Source: Takakia lepidozioides (taxonomy: Eukaryota; Plantae; Bryophyta). Taken from it: a stretch of DNA of 64,000 nucleotides. The translations under genes were made by a program, and so were the position numbers. Under the pieces are notes generated by a model that was not told the origin of the DNA, made no database searches, and saw only the letters and a program-made list of their open reading frames with translations. The stretch is from NCBI GenBank assembly GCA_030704615.1, contig CM060731.1, positions 14,570,001-14,634,000 on the forward strand, given 5' to 3'. Within the stretch, counting starts at the first letter, position 1, and every line of letters starts with the position of its first letter. Shown here piece after piece: positions 12,527 through 26,007 of the stretch.

Positions 12527-15500
12527 TTAATGCCCAGACCTATGCAGTTGTCTGGAAATAAAAAGGAAAGCTGCCTCTGTTGTTCTGTGGCAGTAAGACT
12601 CAGCAAGCGCAGATACCACATCACATCCAAGAGCCCGGGCTTCTGGCTTTGCTGCAAGATGTGCCATCAGAGGGAGCCATACCTCTGGGTCCGACTCCAC
12701 AGCTTTGGCAAATGCCAAGAGCCCAACTCTCAACCGTTCCGGGAAATCCTCAAACTGCATCCAATGGGTATACAATTTTAGTTTCATAAGCTTCAACCGT
12801 CCCTTCACCGCTACTAAAATTGAGAAAGGGCACATGGATTGGAATGTCTTGCAAACTTGCTCAGAAAACCTCAGATATTGTACATACAAGCACACTTAAG
12901 CACTAAAGAGCTTTCACTACTGTAGTAGCAATAGTCTGATAAGTATTGGAAGTGCCCTTCAGATCCTATAGTAGGGTCCCAGAAAGACCACAACACACAA
13001 CCTCTTTTATGGTCTTGTAAGGAACAAACTGTACAGCCATAAGGATTAAATGGAGTTACCTGAGGCGTGTCTGAGTCCGATGCTTTCTCCTCTTTCCTGT
13101 CCGCTTGTGATCCCAACACACCAGTCTCGGACGGGCCTGAATGAACTTCATGGCTAGCACCCTCTGGCCCCACACTCCAAGATCTTTTCTCCTCCTCTGC
13201 AGTTTTCTTACTCCAGGAGAATGGATTGATAGACTCAATATTTCCAAATAGACTCCAAAATAAACTTTTCACCTTTGGGGATGTACTCCTTTCACCATGG
13301 GATTCCTGATTATGTTGGCTGGAGCGACTCCCGTTTTCAGCTCTTTCTCTCTTTTCAACCCAGGACACATACGCAGGATGCTTCTCAAGCTCCAAAGCAT
13401 GTGCATAAAAATGCTTCAAGAGAGCATCAAAGGCCCTGACTATGTCCTTAACAAGCAGAATTCGAACCCTCACACCTTCACCAGACAAAATGAAACTCGT
13501 CACATCCAAGGCCGCTGAGGCAACTGCACGTGTGTCAAAAGCTCCCCGAATACCCCCTGCTCTCCGACGTCCTAATCCATCCTCCCCAGAACTGGTTGAA
13601 CCACTTGCTGGTGCAGTTTGATCTGCTACTGCTACCACCTGCAGCAAGTAACAGCTACTCATGTGTGGGCTGAAGGCCTGAGGAGTGATGAATGTGATTA
13701 CATAGCTGTACATTTTGTTGGGCTTGACAGGGTGGACAGCTCGTTTCCAAGCCAGTACATTACGACACAACTTTTCCTCACCCTTGAGTTGAGAGTGACC
13801 TGCCTGCTCTACCCGAGCTAGGAACATAGTCACAAATTCTAGTATAGGATTCAAGCTTTCCATATTTCCAGATATATTCGGTATAGCTACACTTGACCCA
13901 CCTGCCAGAAAGAACAACTGCGTCTCATCCTCATGAGGGGCACTTCTTTCTTTGCAAAGTTTGGTTATTTTGAAAATTTCCTTACCAAGCGCTCCAACCG
14001 ATGCCAGCGGATAGAGCCATTTTTTCGAATAAGGAGCTCTCTTAGTGTTTCTCGCATCTGTGGGTCAGGATCTGCTAGCAAACGACCCACAATGAAAGGA
14101 TATGCACTGGTCACGACTCTGAAACCCGGATCAAGTGTGGTGGCCGTTCCTTCTAGAGAGCCCAAAGCTCGGACCACCATCGCATACTGGGGAGAAAGCC
14201 GGAAATTGAACTTGTACATTACAGTCCACAGCTGGTTCATTATTCCCTGTGTCATCAGCCCCACAAACAGATATCACTAATGTTAGCGCTTTGGTTGAGT
14301 TCCAGGGGCACTGGCTCAACTGAAACTCATGGTCCATGACTTCCAAAACCCCACTACAGTTAAGAAGCACCTCTGTGGCACCAGGCTGCCTACAAACCAC
14401 AATGAAGCTTCTCACTATAATGCCTGATACAAATTCTCAAGAACAAATAGGCTTCATGACCTCTAGCGTAAGATTGGGATATGATGATGCTCCACAGCTG
14501 CTTAGGTGTGCCTCTACCAGCTTTCTCCCTCAGTTAAGCTACTGCAACATCGAACTGTGAGCTCAGTGGGTGGAATCCCTACAAGAAAGAACATATGCCA
14601 GGATTGCACTGTTATCGAGGAAGATGCTGACCAGAGGCCAGTGCGACATTACAACCCTCCATCATCTCTTATGAATACTGAGCACTTTGAAACAGGTACA
14701 CACCACCATGGGAGCACTATGTTGCTCAAGTATCCCTAAATGCCTAGGGACCTATTTAGGGATCCTATGGGCCCATGTGTATGAGAACCCAGAACCCCCT
14801 ACATTTTTCACCACAGTGCTCTAACCAGTGGATCTAATATACTCAGATGTATTGCTAAGGTACTCCCTTTCTAACATACAGTGAGAACCCTTCCACTGGA
14901 AACAAGCAAATACTGACCTGGAAATCTAACTGCGACTTGGTCTCCTCGTCACCGAAAGAAGCTCGCAGAGCCTGTGCTATTGGTCCTAGCTGCGTACCCT
15001 CTGGAATGAAGTCTAGCATTACAAAATCCCTGGCCAACCCCTCTGAATCGCGATTTACAAAATGTATCAACTGTATGCCACACATGCACACACGTTTTAG
15101 CTTTAATACCACCGTGGATTACTGTAAGACAAAGCATGAAATATCCTTCAAAGTCTGGAAACAATCTAGTTGGGACAAATAGACACAAGCATTTAGATTG
15201 TAGTATTGAACAGCAAAAATGAAGAAGTTGCAAGAAGTTCTTACAGTACGAATGAGACCAATGCGGTACTCCCGGCGGAGTTCACTCATCATTCCAAAGT
15301 CAAAGAAAGCAAGAATACCCTCCTTTGTCACCAGAACATTCCCTGGGTGGGGATCAGCGTGGAAGTAGCCTTCCTCTAAGAGCTGTCGTAAAGAACTAAG
15401 TACTCCCTGCAAGAACCATGACACCCAGCCCAGAATGGGCAACCAGGTAACGAGTGTCACTACTCCTGATCACACCTTGGTCCATTTTGACACAACCCCA

Positions 15501-18500
15501 TGTGAAAGTATAAGTGACAATCATGCTTGTGCTGCATTGGATCTTTTGGATCTTTACTTCCCACCTTGAATGTACACAGCAATGATTGGACCCTTTCATA
15601 AATACCTAAGGGTGACCTTTGTAATCCGTGGGCATTGTCAGAGAGTCTCACAGACCTATCAAACTTAGACAGAACCGGGTACAGCGAGACATGCACATCT
15701 TCAATTGAAAAATGTAGGAGGAGCATGATGACCTGGTCAACCAAGTGTTGAGTGTCAAGCTTGGCAGCAGATAAGGCTTCTTTGTCTGTGAGTTTGATGC
15801 CATCAATCCACTCCATGGTCAGGATACCTCTGGTTGTAAAATCCCAATAGATCTTAGGAACCTTCACTGCCCCATCTCCAGCATCCCCATAGGGATCAGC
15901 ACTTGTCTCATCCCTCGTAGACTCCACTTGGGTGCCTTGAGGTGCACGCTTCACTTGGTTTGTAGGGCGGCCGTGTTCTGAGAACAAAATTGGCTCACTG
16001 GTATTACAAAGCAAGGACGCATTGACTTCAGTGCTTGACCTCTTCAGTCTCCTTTGCACACAGAACTGTACCCTGATTCCATGCCGCAAGCTTCAAAGTG
16101 TATCTTAATCAAAATACCATTCAATGGAGGCCAAGTTGAGGTAAGCCTTTAACAGCAAAAAGTCTGTACATAAAACCCACTGGGCTCAGTATGCAAGTAT
16201 GTGTCAACCATCTCTTTGTACACAATAGAGGAGGAGAGGCTTACTGGAGGCAGGCCGGAGGCCATAAAGTCGAGAAAAACGCTCTGCATTCCGCCCCTCT
16301 TGAAGGTAATCGACCTCTTCGAACATGTGCCCTGCCTGTGCTTCCAGTCAACAAGCCAAATGTACCAACATTAAAGCAGAATGTAGATTGATGCATAGTT
16401 TGATGCTGAACATTACAATATACCCTTCACGTTGGAACTAATAGCTGTCTGTTCTGTTTGTTCTGTATATGCCAAAGGAGGAGACTGATTCTTTCGGGGA
16501 GCTGTGGTAATCACCAGTTCATCGACAACAGCCACAAGGTCGCCACGCCCTCCAATGAAACGCTGCAGCTGGCCTCCAATCAGGCGCAAGAGATGGGCAT
16601 CCAGTGCTAATTGCTCCAAGATACCTGGCCTTTGTACTTTCACAGCTACCTTCTCCCCGGAGTGAAGTTGTGCTGATTTCTCCAGAAAACCCATGATCCA
16701 TTAGTTTCTCAGCAAAAGCTTGTCATGCATCAAACCAGAAAATTTAAGCTGCATCGCACAACAGCTAACCATAACAAACAACTGGAGGCAGCCGACTTGT
16801 CCAACATTGCATAACAACAGAATAGTATCTCAATAGTACACACTACTGGGACAGATGCATACACACAAAGAACAAATCTTGGCTTGCCAAGATTGTGATT
16901 AAAGATTTTAGTGTGCAAAGGTTGTTTTGGCTATTTTTTCTTCTACAAAATTAGCAAAGACATAAAAAAAACAAATGAAAAGAAAAACAAACACAGAAGT
17001 AAAGCAAAGAAAGAAAAGAAGAAGGAAGTGATAAATTTATTTGTCCAGGGTACACCCACAATGGACACAGTAAAACAACAGGAGAGGATGTACTGAGAGA
17101 GAATGTACACATAAGACATTTGCCGTAGCCTTGTGGATATAGAGTCGATTAACTTAGGATATCTGATGTTGGACATATGTTGCAGCTGATCCCACCATCT
17201 GACCTCGAATTCATCTCGTCGGGAGCTTAAAAGAAGGGATGCCAAACTCACCCTGAACAGCCACATTGGCTGTTTCACCCCCACTTGAATGGATTCTAGG
17301 GACTTAGCCTGGTTGGAGTTATCAACCCATATTGCAGATGCGTACTCCAAGGCAGGTCTAATAACACGACAAAGAACAGAGAGAGAGAGAGATTGTACTC
17401 ATAAGACGTTGTTTGCCGTAGCCTTGTGGCCATTGACCCCGCGCCCAGTTTGAGCGGACAGAACCTACCTCTGTCAGGGGCTGACGTTGGTAGTAAGACT
17501 AACCTTCATATATAGAATTAATCCGGGTTTTCCAGATATCCTCTAGAAATCCCTTCACACAAGCATCAATCTGCTGTGTGTGATTTGCCCAAAAACTAGG
17601 CCTCAGGAGGGCCTGGGCTTTTGGCTCAGCCTCGAGACTTTCAAAGGTTGGTAAACAGAGGTACAGAGGTACAGGCACAATTCCCTTGATAGATTTGAAG
17701 AGAGCGTCTCTTTGGTGAGAGAACCCCGGACAGTGTATCAAAAAATGAATACTGTCTTCAGGTTGCCCACACAACGGGCAATTGCACTCTCCCTTTCCTC
17801 TCTGCTTCTGTTTGCTGTTCAAAGGTAGGCTTCCTGCCCTGAGTTTAAATTTCAGTCTAGTGCCGAGAGTGGGTAGACCCTTGAGGTCATCCAAGATATC
17901 CTCCCCCATGTCACTGACTGGAAACAAGTTCAGGGAAGTTTTCTGCCTAACTTCATTTTCATCAGACAATCTCATGGCAACAGACATGGCTTTGGACACT
18001 ACAGCCTCTAAGTCAGATTTATCCAGCAGGGTCAAGACTTGCGGTTCCAGGTCCAGGTCCTTGAGAATCTCTTCTACTCTCTTCTGTCAGGACTTAGCCT
18101 GTTTGACAGGGCGGTCCTGTTTCCAAGATATAGAGTCGATTAACTTAGGATATCTGGTGTTGGACATATGTTGCAGCTGACCCCACCATCTGACCTTGAA
18201 TTCATCTCGTCGGGAGCTTAAGGACGGAATGCCAAACTCACCCCGAACAGCCACATTGGCTGTTTTGGAGCATGCTGACATACACTCCTTAAGCACCCCC
18301 ACTTGAATGGATTCTAGAGACTTAGCCTGGTTGGAGTTATCAACCCATATTGCAGATGCGTACTCCAAGGCAGGTCTACTAACACGACAAAGCATGGTTT
18401 TCTTAACCTCAGAGACCCCTCTGCAGTGGAAAAATTTAGTGAGCCCCAGAGCTTTGCCCTTGCCAGTTTGAACAACTTTCCGGATATGTGCATCCCATTT

Positions 18501-21500
18501 ACAATTGGAGGAAAACTCAACGCCCAGGTAAGTGTAGGAAGGGAGGACCGGGATCTCTTGGCTACCCCACTGCCACTTAAGATCACTTCCTCCCTCTCCT
18601 TTGTCGTTGAATGCTACCACTGCACATATGCTGACATTAGCCTCTAGCCCCCAAAGATCAAAGTATCTCTTCGCGCAATCAATCAACTCCTGGAGATTGG
18701 TTGGAGTCTCCCCTATGCCTGCGAAGTCATCCGCAAACATAAGGGCTGGTATGGTGGTATCACCCACCCTTAACCCAAATCCCTCACTTTCCACATCCTC
18801 AAGGAGTTGATTGATGAAAGCATTGAAGAGCAGAGGGGAGAGAGTACATCCTTGAGCTACACACTGGTATAAGTCAAAGAAGTTGGACTTCTGTCCGTTA
18901 ACAGTGACACAGCTTTTGGTGTGAGCATACAAGTTGTGGACAACTCTCCACATCTTTCCCTTGATCCCACAAGACCAGAGGCGGAACCATAGGCCATCTC
19001 TCCACACTGTGTCATAAGCCTTTTTGACATCCAGGAAAAAAACATAAGTGGGTTTCCCTTCTTTTTTCCTTCCCTGGATAATCTGGCTTAGAGTGAAGAT
19101 ATGATCCACACAGCTCCTGTTTCGCCGAAAGCCAGCTAGGCCTTCGTGGAAACAACCTCTAGACTCCAGATCAACCTCGAGACGAGTACTTATAACTCTG
19201 CAGAATGTCTTGCCAACAGCATTGCGGAGCGTGATGCCACGGTAGTTCCCCGGTTCTTCTCTGTCATCCTTCTTGTATAGATTGACAATGACCCCCTGTC
19301 GCCAGCGAAAGGGGATCATTTCAGTCTTCCAGATAACGTAAAGAGGAGAACTAGGGCCTCTATCATGGGATCGCCACCGTGCTTGATAAGCTCGTTGACA
19401 ATACCATCAGGTCCACCAGCTTTATATCCATTAAATGTTCAATTGCTTCCACAATCTCAGAAGAACTAATGGGAGCGTTATAAGCCATTGAAATGTACTC
19501 CAGTTCATCAGGGCTGTTTTGAATCATAGGAACAGTTTTTCCAACTGTGTCCCTCCATTCAGCAGAAGACCCCTCACTGTTAGACCTAGAAGTTCTGCCA
19601 AGGATACTGTAGTGAGTTTCAAAGGTTTTGACAATGTCAACCGATGAAGTCACCACTGCACCTTTAGTAGTCTTCAGCGCTTGTACTTGCTCACCATTTT
19701 TCGGCTTGTACAAACGTTGAAGGGCCAACCAGAATTTCTTGTCATTACCACCATGGTGGTTTGAGTTTATTTTACTGTATAACTTCTCCCAGTATAATTT
19801 CTTCTGAGACCTAACAAGCTGATTGATATCTTTATGGAGCTGGTAGTACCTCGCCCACAATTCTCTGTTGGTTTTCAAATTGCAGCACTCTTTATAGAGG
19901 GCTCGTCTCTCAGCTATCTTGAGTTTAATCTCATTGGTCCACCAATTAACAGCCCTACCGCAGACAATTAGTTTCTTCCCAAAGAGAGAGAGAGAGAGAG
20001 AATGTAATCGTAAGACGTTGTTTGCCGTAGCCTTGTGGCCATTGACCCCACGCCCAGTTTGAGCGGGAGAGAGAGAGAGAGAGAGAATGTACTCATGCGA
20101 ACGTGGGCTTGCCATAGCCTTACCGCCATTGACCCAGGGAGAAACCGGTTAGAGAGAATGTACTCATAAGACTCTGTTTGCCATCGCCTTGTGGCCATAG
20201 ACCCCGCGCCAGTTCGGACGGAAACATAGGGAATAGTTACTACCTTTGTGAGGGGCTCACTCCAATAGTAGGACTTACCATGATACGAACAATTAGTTCA
20301 GGCTTTCCCGATAGCCTCTGGAAAACCCTTAACACAAGCATCAAGCTGCTGCAAGTGAGCAGCCCAAAAGGAGAGAGAGGGAGCGAGGGAGATGAGTACA
20401 CCAAAAGTGCTCAGCTCAGTACTAAGGTTTTAGCCAGTATGACTCATGCACTGTGTAGACAAGTCAATTCCAACCCAAACACTAACCAAATAAAAACCCC
20501 ACCAGTGAAATCTAGTTCTCTCCAACCTAGGAACTATATGTATGTGGATGAAATACACTTGATGGCCAGAAAGATCAGGAAAGGGTGTACCTTTATACAC
20601 CTGGCCCAGAGATGCAGCGGCCACAGGTTCATCTGAGATATCCGCAAACACCTTCGAAGCAGGTGAGCCTAGCTGCTCCTCCACGTACTTCAGTGCTTCT
20701 GATGTAGGGAATGGAGGAATTCGATCCTTTAGTACAAACAAGCCCACAGACCAAACCATCGTTTCAATGCCCCACATTTACTGCCATAAAAACTCCTTGG
20801 CCTAGATACGAGAGCTGCAACCATGTCCATTTATGGTCACCTGGCAGTATAAAAATGGTTCTGAGATGTACTTTCCCAAATCTAGGGGATCGAATACATG
20901 CAAAGGAACATCGAGATGCACCACCAAAGGGCTGTTTGGGGCTTCCAGCAAAAAATTTAAACAAATTAACCTACTACGATTGGTAGTCTAGACGTACAGA
21001 TAAAGTGACAGCATCTCAGAAAATATTTGTAGTGCAACCCTCCTCAATGGTCAGATACATTACAGGTTTACTGTTGGACTCCAGTAATTGCTTGGCCAAG
21101 AAAGTGTTGTATGAGTTTAGTTAGTGTTTCAGAATACTAGATTCGTCTTTTCCAAAGCTCTGAAACAGAACTCATCAACCATCCACCCTACAATGGCATG
21201 GCCTACTATATTCAAATCAGATACCACTGAATTAAAAGGAATGGAGGTAGCCTGAGGTTAGAACAGACCTGCAGCTTTGCAAGCTCCAGGCAGTAATCAC
21301 TAGGTAGTATGTCGGGTCGTGTACTGAGTGCCTGGCCAAGCTACACCACCCACACCAGAGGGACAACAACAAGCACAGTTCTTAACGATGTAACATTACA
21401 GCAAACACAATTGATAACCACAGCTACAAAATTAAACATCTACCAGCCAGATATTTCCAAAATTTGGAACTCGAAAGAAACCTACTTTGATATAAAAGGG

Positions 21501-22816
21501 CCCGAGACGGATCAGACTGCGCCGCACCTGCAACCACTCAGCCCCCATCCACCACACTTTAAAACCAGGTATTGATGAACAATGACTAAAAAATGGCCCA
21601 TCGCATGATGACAAACCTCAGCTCCCGCAATGGCACGGCACTGGCTATTGGACCTAACAGTTCACTTGTTGATTGGCCTAATGTAGCATGATAAAGACTG
21701 ATTAAGTTCATATGCTAGGTTGAATTGCATCAGTCCTATCAGCCATTTTCTGTTGTCCAAACATTCAGACAAAAGACTGCAGTACTATTTCATAAATCTC
21801 ATAAATCTGACTCACTCCAAGTAAGCTTCCTAGATTGATAATACCGCAATTTACATTGCCTACTGATCCCTGAAAGTTTGAACTGGTTTCCTGCAATACG
21901 CTTATTAGTGTGCATCACTGCTGTGCAGTTCTGCCCTGCACCAAAAGTGCATATAAATTGCAACATCTGATTGACAATAGAGTGAGCCCAGTTGGATAGT
22001 TGTACTTTATCAGCCTGCCTGCGGATGTCCTTTTCGATCAAATGCCACACAGTCAGCATGCCAATCTCTGCCGTGATCAGCATCGCCCGATACGCCACCA
22101 TGAAAGGCCTATATCGGTAATACTTTGCAAAGGCTCCAGGATCATAACACTCCCATCTCGTGGGAGACCGTACACCCTGGCCTGCTGATCGAAAGCCGCG
22201 CATCCCCACCAAGAACCTGCAGACAAAAGAAGCAAGATCCACACAACCTTAAGCTTACCACTTGGCCATGAATATGTGCAATTCTGGGTTCAGGGTTTAT
22301 GATGATCCAAGTAAACATTAGAAAGATGATTTCTGCCAGTCTGCAGCTGTCAAGGTAGGCCTGCCTGCATACCACTTCTGTTTGGAAGAGTAAGAAGGTG
22401 GTTTTTGTGAAGTAAGCTTTTCACATAGTGAACTCTAGACTGCTACAACCAACAGTTTGCCAAAGCTTCCTCCAAACACAAGCCAAAGCTCAGCTTTTGG
22501 TGTTCCAATATGATGTCATTAGCAAGCTGCTAAAGACAGCTCAACATCTGATCAAATCATACATGTTATCAGTAGGAATTGATAATGGGATCACTCTCCA
22601 GCTGGTAGAGCCATCAACCTCGAGATAAAAATCAGGTTACTCACTCTTACTTGGGCTCAGGAGAATAGTACAAAAGAGTAACCGGCAGGGAAGGGGGAAC
22701 ATACAGGTGAGGAAGGCCATTAATGCGATGAGGACATTGCAGAAGAAAACCTCCATCTCCCAGCAGTTGACCACTTCTCGCTTGAGGCTGTCTGTATGGG
22801 TAGAATTCTATAACAC
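12527..22816 (-). CDS. ABC1K2: ABC1/UbiB atypical kinase, ABC1K2 (At5g24970)-like; N-terminal exon(s) upstream of 22816 not resolved
   Basis: Approximate exons 22816-22705, 22216-22006, 21527-21486, 21340-21269, 20726-20591, 16672-16515, 16335-16245, 15977-15733, 15406-15245, 15070-14918, ~14247-13986, ~13638-13060, 12754-12527. Motifs [78 protein letters not shown]. Confidence 0.88.
17102..17375 (-). mobile_element. Internally deleted LINE family 1 derivative (stack unit E)
   Basis: About 240 bp homologous to 18127-18391 joined directly to the last ~35 nt of the element, ending in (TC)n at 17095-17102. Confidence 0.85.
17393..19983 (-). mobile_element. 5'-truncated RTE-X-like LINE (family 1, stack unit D): linker, reverse transcriptase, C-terminal CCHC; inactivated
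   Basis: RT motifs [53 protein letters not shown]; C-terminal [24 protein letters not shown]; frameshift near 19420 and premature stops at 18087 and 17499; (TC)n on both sides. Confidence 0.95.
20002..20369 (-). mobile_element. Three stacked short 3'-end copies of LINE family 1 (units C 20002-20066, B 20087-20150, A 20158-~20369)
   Basis: Each ends in a variant of ..AAGGCTAYGGCAA..ATGAGTACATTC and is separated by (TC)n tracts at 19983-20001, 20067-20086 and 20151-20157. Confidence 0.9.
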
Positions 22817-23131
22817 CTGCAAAGCACTACAGTACATTTAAGATATTGGCTGAACAGAAAGATCCTAAATACACGTCAAACCCTAACAAGACCTAGAGTC
22901 TGCTGACAATTACCTGTAACCAGCTCAAACAGTACATCCATGTTGAATACAGAGACATGTATTTGGATTCCTTTGTTGTTCTAGTGTCCCATAGGCCCTC
23001 TGGGCATCGGTTCAGATTCCCAAAGAACCATTTATAATTGAGAATATAATATATAATTGAGAATTCTGTCCCAATTCACCAGCCAAACTTGCCAAACTTG
23101 CGGAGGAGTTAACTCAAGAGATACAATCCCC

Positions 23132-23153
23132 AAACCCTAAACCCTAAACCCTA
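23132..23153 (+). repeat. Three telomere-type (AAACCCT) units / telo-boxes
   Basis: aaaccctaaaccctaaacccta. Confidence 0.6.
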
Positions 23154-26007
23154 TAGAGATCGTTTCGCAATCGTGTCAAAACAAACCAAGTTAAACAAGG
23201 CGGTGAGACTCAGTTGCCCCCCCTGTTACCCCAGGGTCCCAGACCAGTCCTATTTCTGCACACTCCGACAGGACTGAAGCAAATTTAAAATTATGAAAAA
23301 TCCATGGTTCGTGTTTGCTACTGGAAATGATGAGATGTATTTCGGAGGAGACGATAACCAGATGTGCAAGTATTGTGCACGCTTTTCAAAATCAATCAGA
23401 CAGCATTTGCTGTCCATGTCACCAACCTCCTAAGGGATCAGTTATATCTTAACAAGCACTGGGGGTCCAGAGCCATGATCAATTGGCCAGTCCTGACACA
23501 AAAGTAAGTAACAGAAGCCTATTTAATTCTGATTCTCGAAAGATCCCCACAATACCGGACAAAATGTGGAGACTCGATAAAGTAAAATGCCACGATGTGC
23601 GGTCAAGGTTGAGATAACCAATATTAACAGAATTTTTTTGACTCAATCAGAGGGTGAGGCTTCTTGCAGCGCCTGCCAGGAAATCTTAACTGCACAACCT
23701 TCACAAGCATTCAGGTTAACCACACCCTGCCAGCATCACCCCCCGTTTGAATTATCCTTGGGGAGTTCGTGATCCATGGCCCTGTCGCATTCAACAATTG
23801 CCTGCTGCCCAGTGATCGGCCTTACCAAACATACAGAATTAAAGTGTCATTCCACCGGGCACGCCAAAATGATCCAGCTTAAGAATTTCATCGTTCTTCC
23901 AAATTGAAGGGAACATCCGGATTCACAGCACGATTTGTCAACCACAAGCCTGAGTGGCGAATAGAAGGTACTCTTGATTTGAAACTTGTAAGGAACAGAG
24001 AAATTACTGGATTGGAGCAATTGACGGACTGCGGGAGTCGGACGGCGACAGCAGCGATAGAAGTGACAAAATAAAAGCACCCCAGAGTTCCTCATCAGCT
24101 GCTCCTTCAGAGTCTCATAGTCTCTTCACCGCCCTGGACCTCCAGCTCAAATCATTTTTTATCGCCCCCCAGAATCTGAAGCTCTACGACTGCGAAGCAG
24201 CCATGGAGGATAAAAGTACAATAAAGATGCTCGACTGCAGACAACATTTTGCAAGGTACTGCAAAGAATGAATCTGATACTAATACTTCAAAAATACAGC
24301 AACAAATAAGCAGAAATCGAACTGGATTTGATCACAGAATAGCTGCCCCACAATAATTTCATCAAATGCAGCTATCAAACACAGCTGAATCGTGAATGCG
24401 AGCTTCAGAGACAGTGCGAAGTGCGGAGAGCTGTGAAGAAGCCAGACCCTCAAGAGTCTTGGCGGGTCATTGCCGGTCACACAGAGCGCCACCCTTTTTC
24501 AGTAAGGTGGCACCAGGTCTATAAGTTGCGGATTTACATAGATATGCCACCTTATTATCTGAGGTAAAACGGTGGTAAATGGTGGCCGACCGGCGCTAGG
24601 CGGTCCTACTACTGTCTACGCCCTCCACGCGCCCGGTGACGTGGTGCATGGCCTTGTCAGCTCCAAAAAGGACGATGAACAGAGTCTCGTGGATGAACCA
24701 CACGGTCGCCGTAGATGGATGTTTTCTCCCGGCCACAAAAACTCGGCTATAATTGGACGATAAAATGTTCCAATTTTGTCTTCTCCAACATTGAGAGCCA
24801 TCCAGGTGATTCGGGGTCAAATTCTCTACCTGGTAGGTTGAAATTTTCCTCCTCATAAATTTCGAAGGGTAACAATAATTCTGGGACATAAATTCGGGAT
24901 GCCCTGTATGTCCGCAACCAAACATAGTGACGTGGACCACGTGTAAGGGGACCGTATGTCCGCGCGCGCCTATCAGCCCTGTCTGTGTGTATATGTACAT
25001 ATACGGTACGTATCGTATACCGGAAAGGAATGAGAAATGAAAGCTGAAAGGAAAGAAAAGGAAAGGAATAGAACAGAAGAATGGCAGAGTGTCGTCTCTG
25101 CCACTCTGCCTGCGGTCGGGGTCGGGGCTCTCGAGTGTTGTGTAGGCTGTCGCGCCGTCTCATCGGTGCTGATGTTGCAAGCAATCTTGTAAGCTAGGGT
25201 TGGACAGTGCTGTAGGTAGGCGGGTTGGACATACTGGATCATCGTCTCACATAGTTTGTATTTTTCATGTGATTTTCCAGGGAAGAAACTGTCCGGCGTC
25301 GAGCTGCAGAGCCGCGGTGTTTCTGAGGTCAAGGAAGTGGTACGGCGGGGCTAAGGAAGCTGAAGCTAGCAGTAGTAGTTGGAATCTTTCGGTAGTGTGC
25401 CAAAGAATGTGTTTTGGCGAATGAAGGATGGAAGATTGATCTGTCTGCGGCAGTGTGAGGAAGAAGTTGAAGATTCAGCGGTATAAGGGGACAGTCACAT
25501 GCCATTAAGAGGATCTTAGATACGCAAGTCATAATGGTTCCAAGCAAGGGGATGATGCAGACAGAGATGGTACTGGCAGCTATGGAGATTGATGCTCCCC
25601 TGTATTCCTCTATGAAAGCTTTTCCGAACACCAGAAAGCGCATAAATGGTAATCTCTTTTGGTGCTGGATGTCAAGATGCATAAGAACTTATTCCTGATA
25701 GTCTGGTAGCATCTGCCATTGTAGCTGCAATGGCCTTGTAAGGCGTGAGTAAGGGGTGTTTTCCATACTACTGGCAAAGAGCCTTTGATTGTTGAACTCT
25801 GGCTTGCTTTGTTGAACGGGTTTGAATGACACAAAGAGAGATAGACAGGGACAAGAAACGTGGAGAGACCATCTTGTCGGACTGGCTTGAGTAGTCAGGA
25901 TTGCAATTTCATGATCGGTATGCAGTCAGAGACCTCAAAGTGACTCATGTAAGAGTCATCCCTTGCTGCACAAAGTGGACTCATGTATTCTTTGGACTCT
26001 GTTGTAA

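Noticed and set aside
23132-23153. Relic telomere or chromosome fusion site
   Set aside because: Only three units; ordinary telo-box occurrence near a gene 5' region
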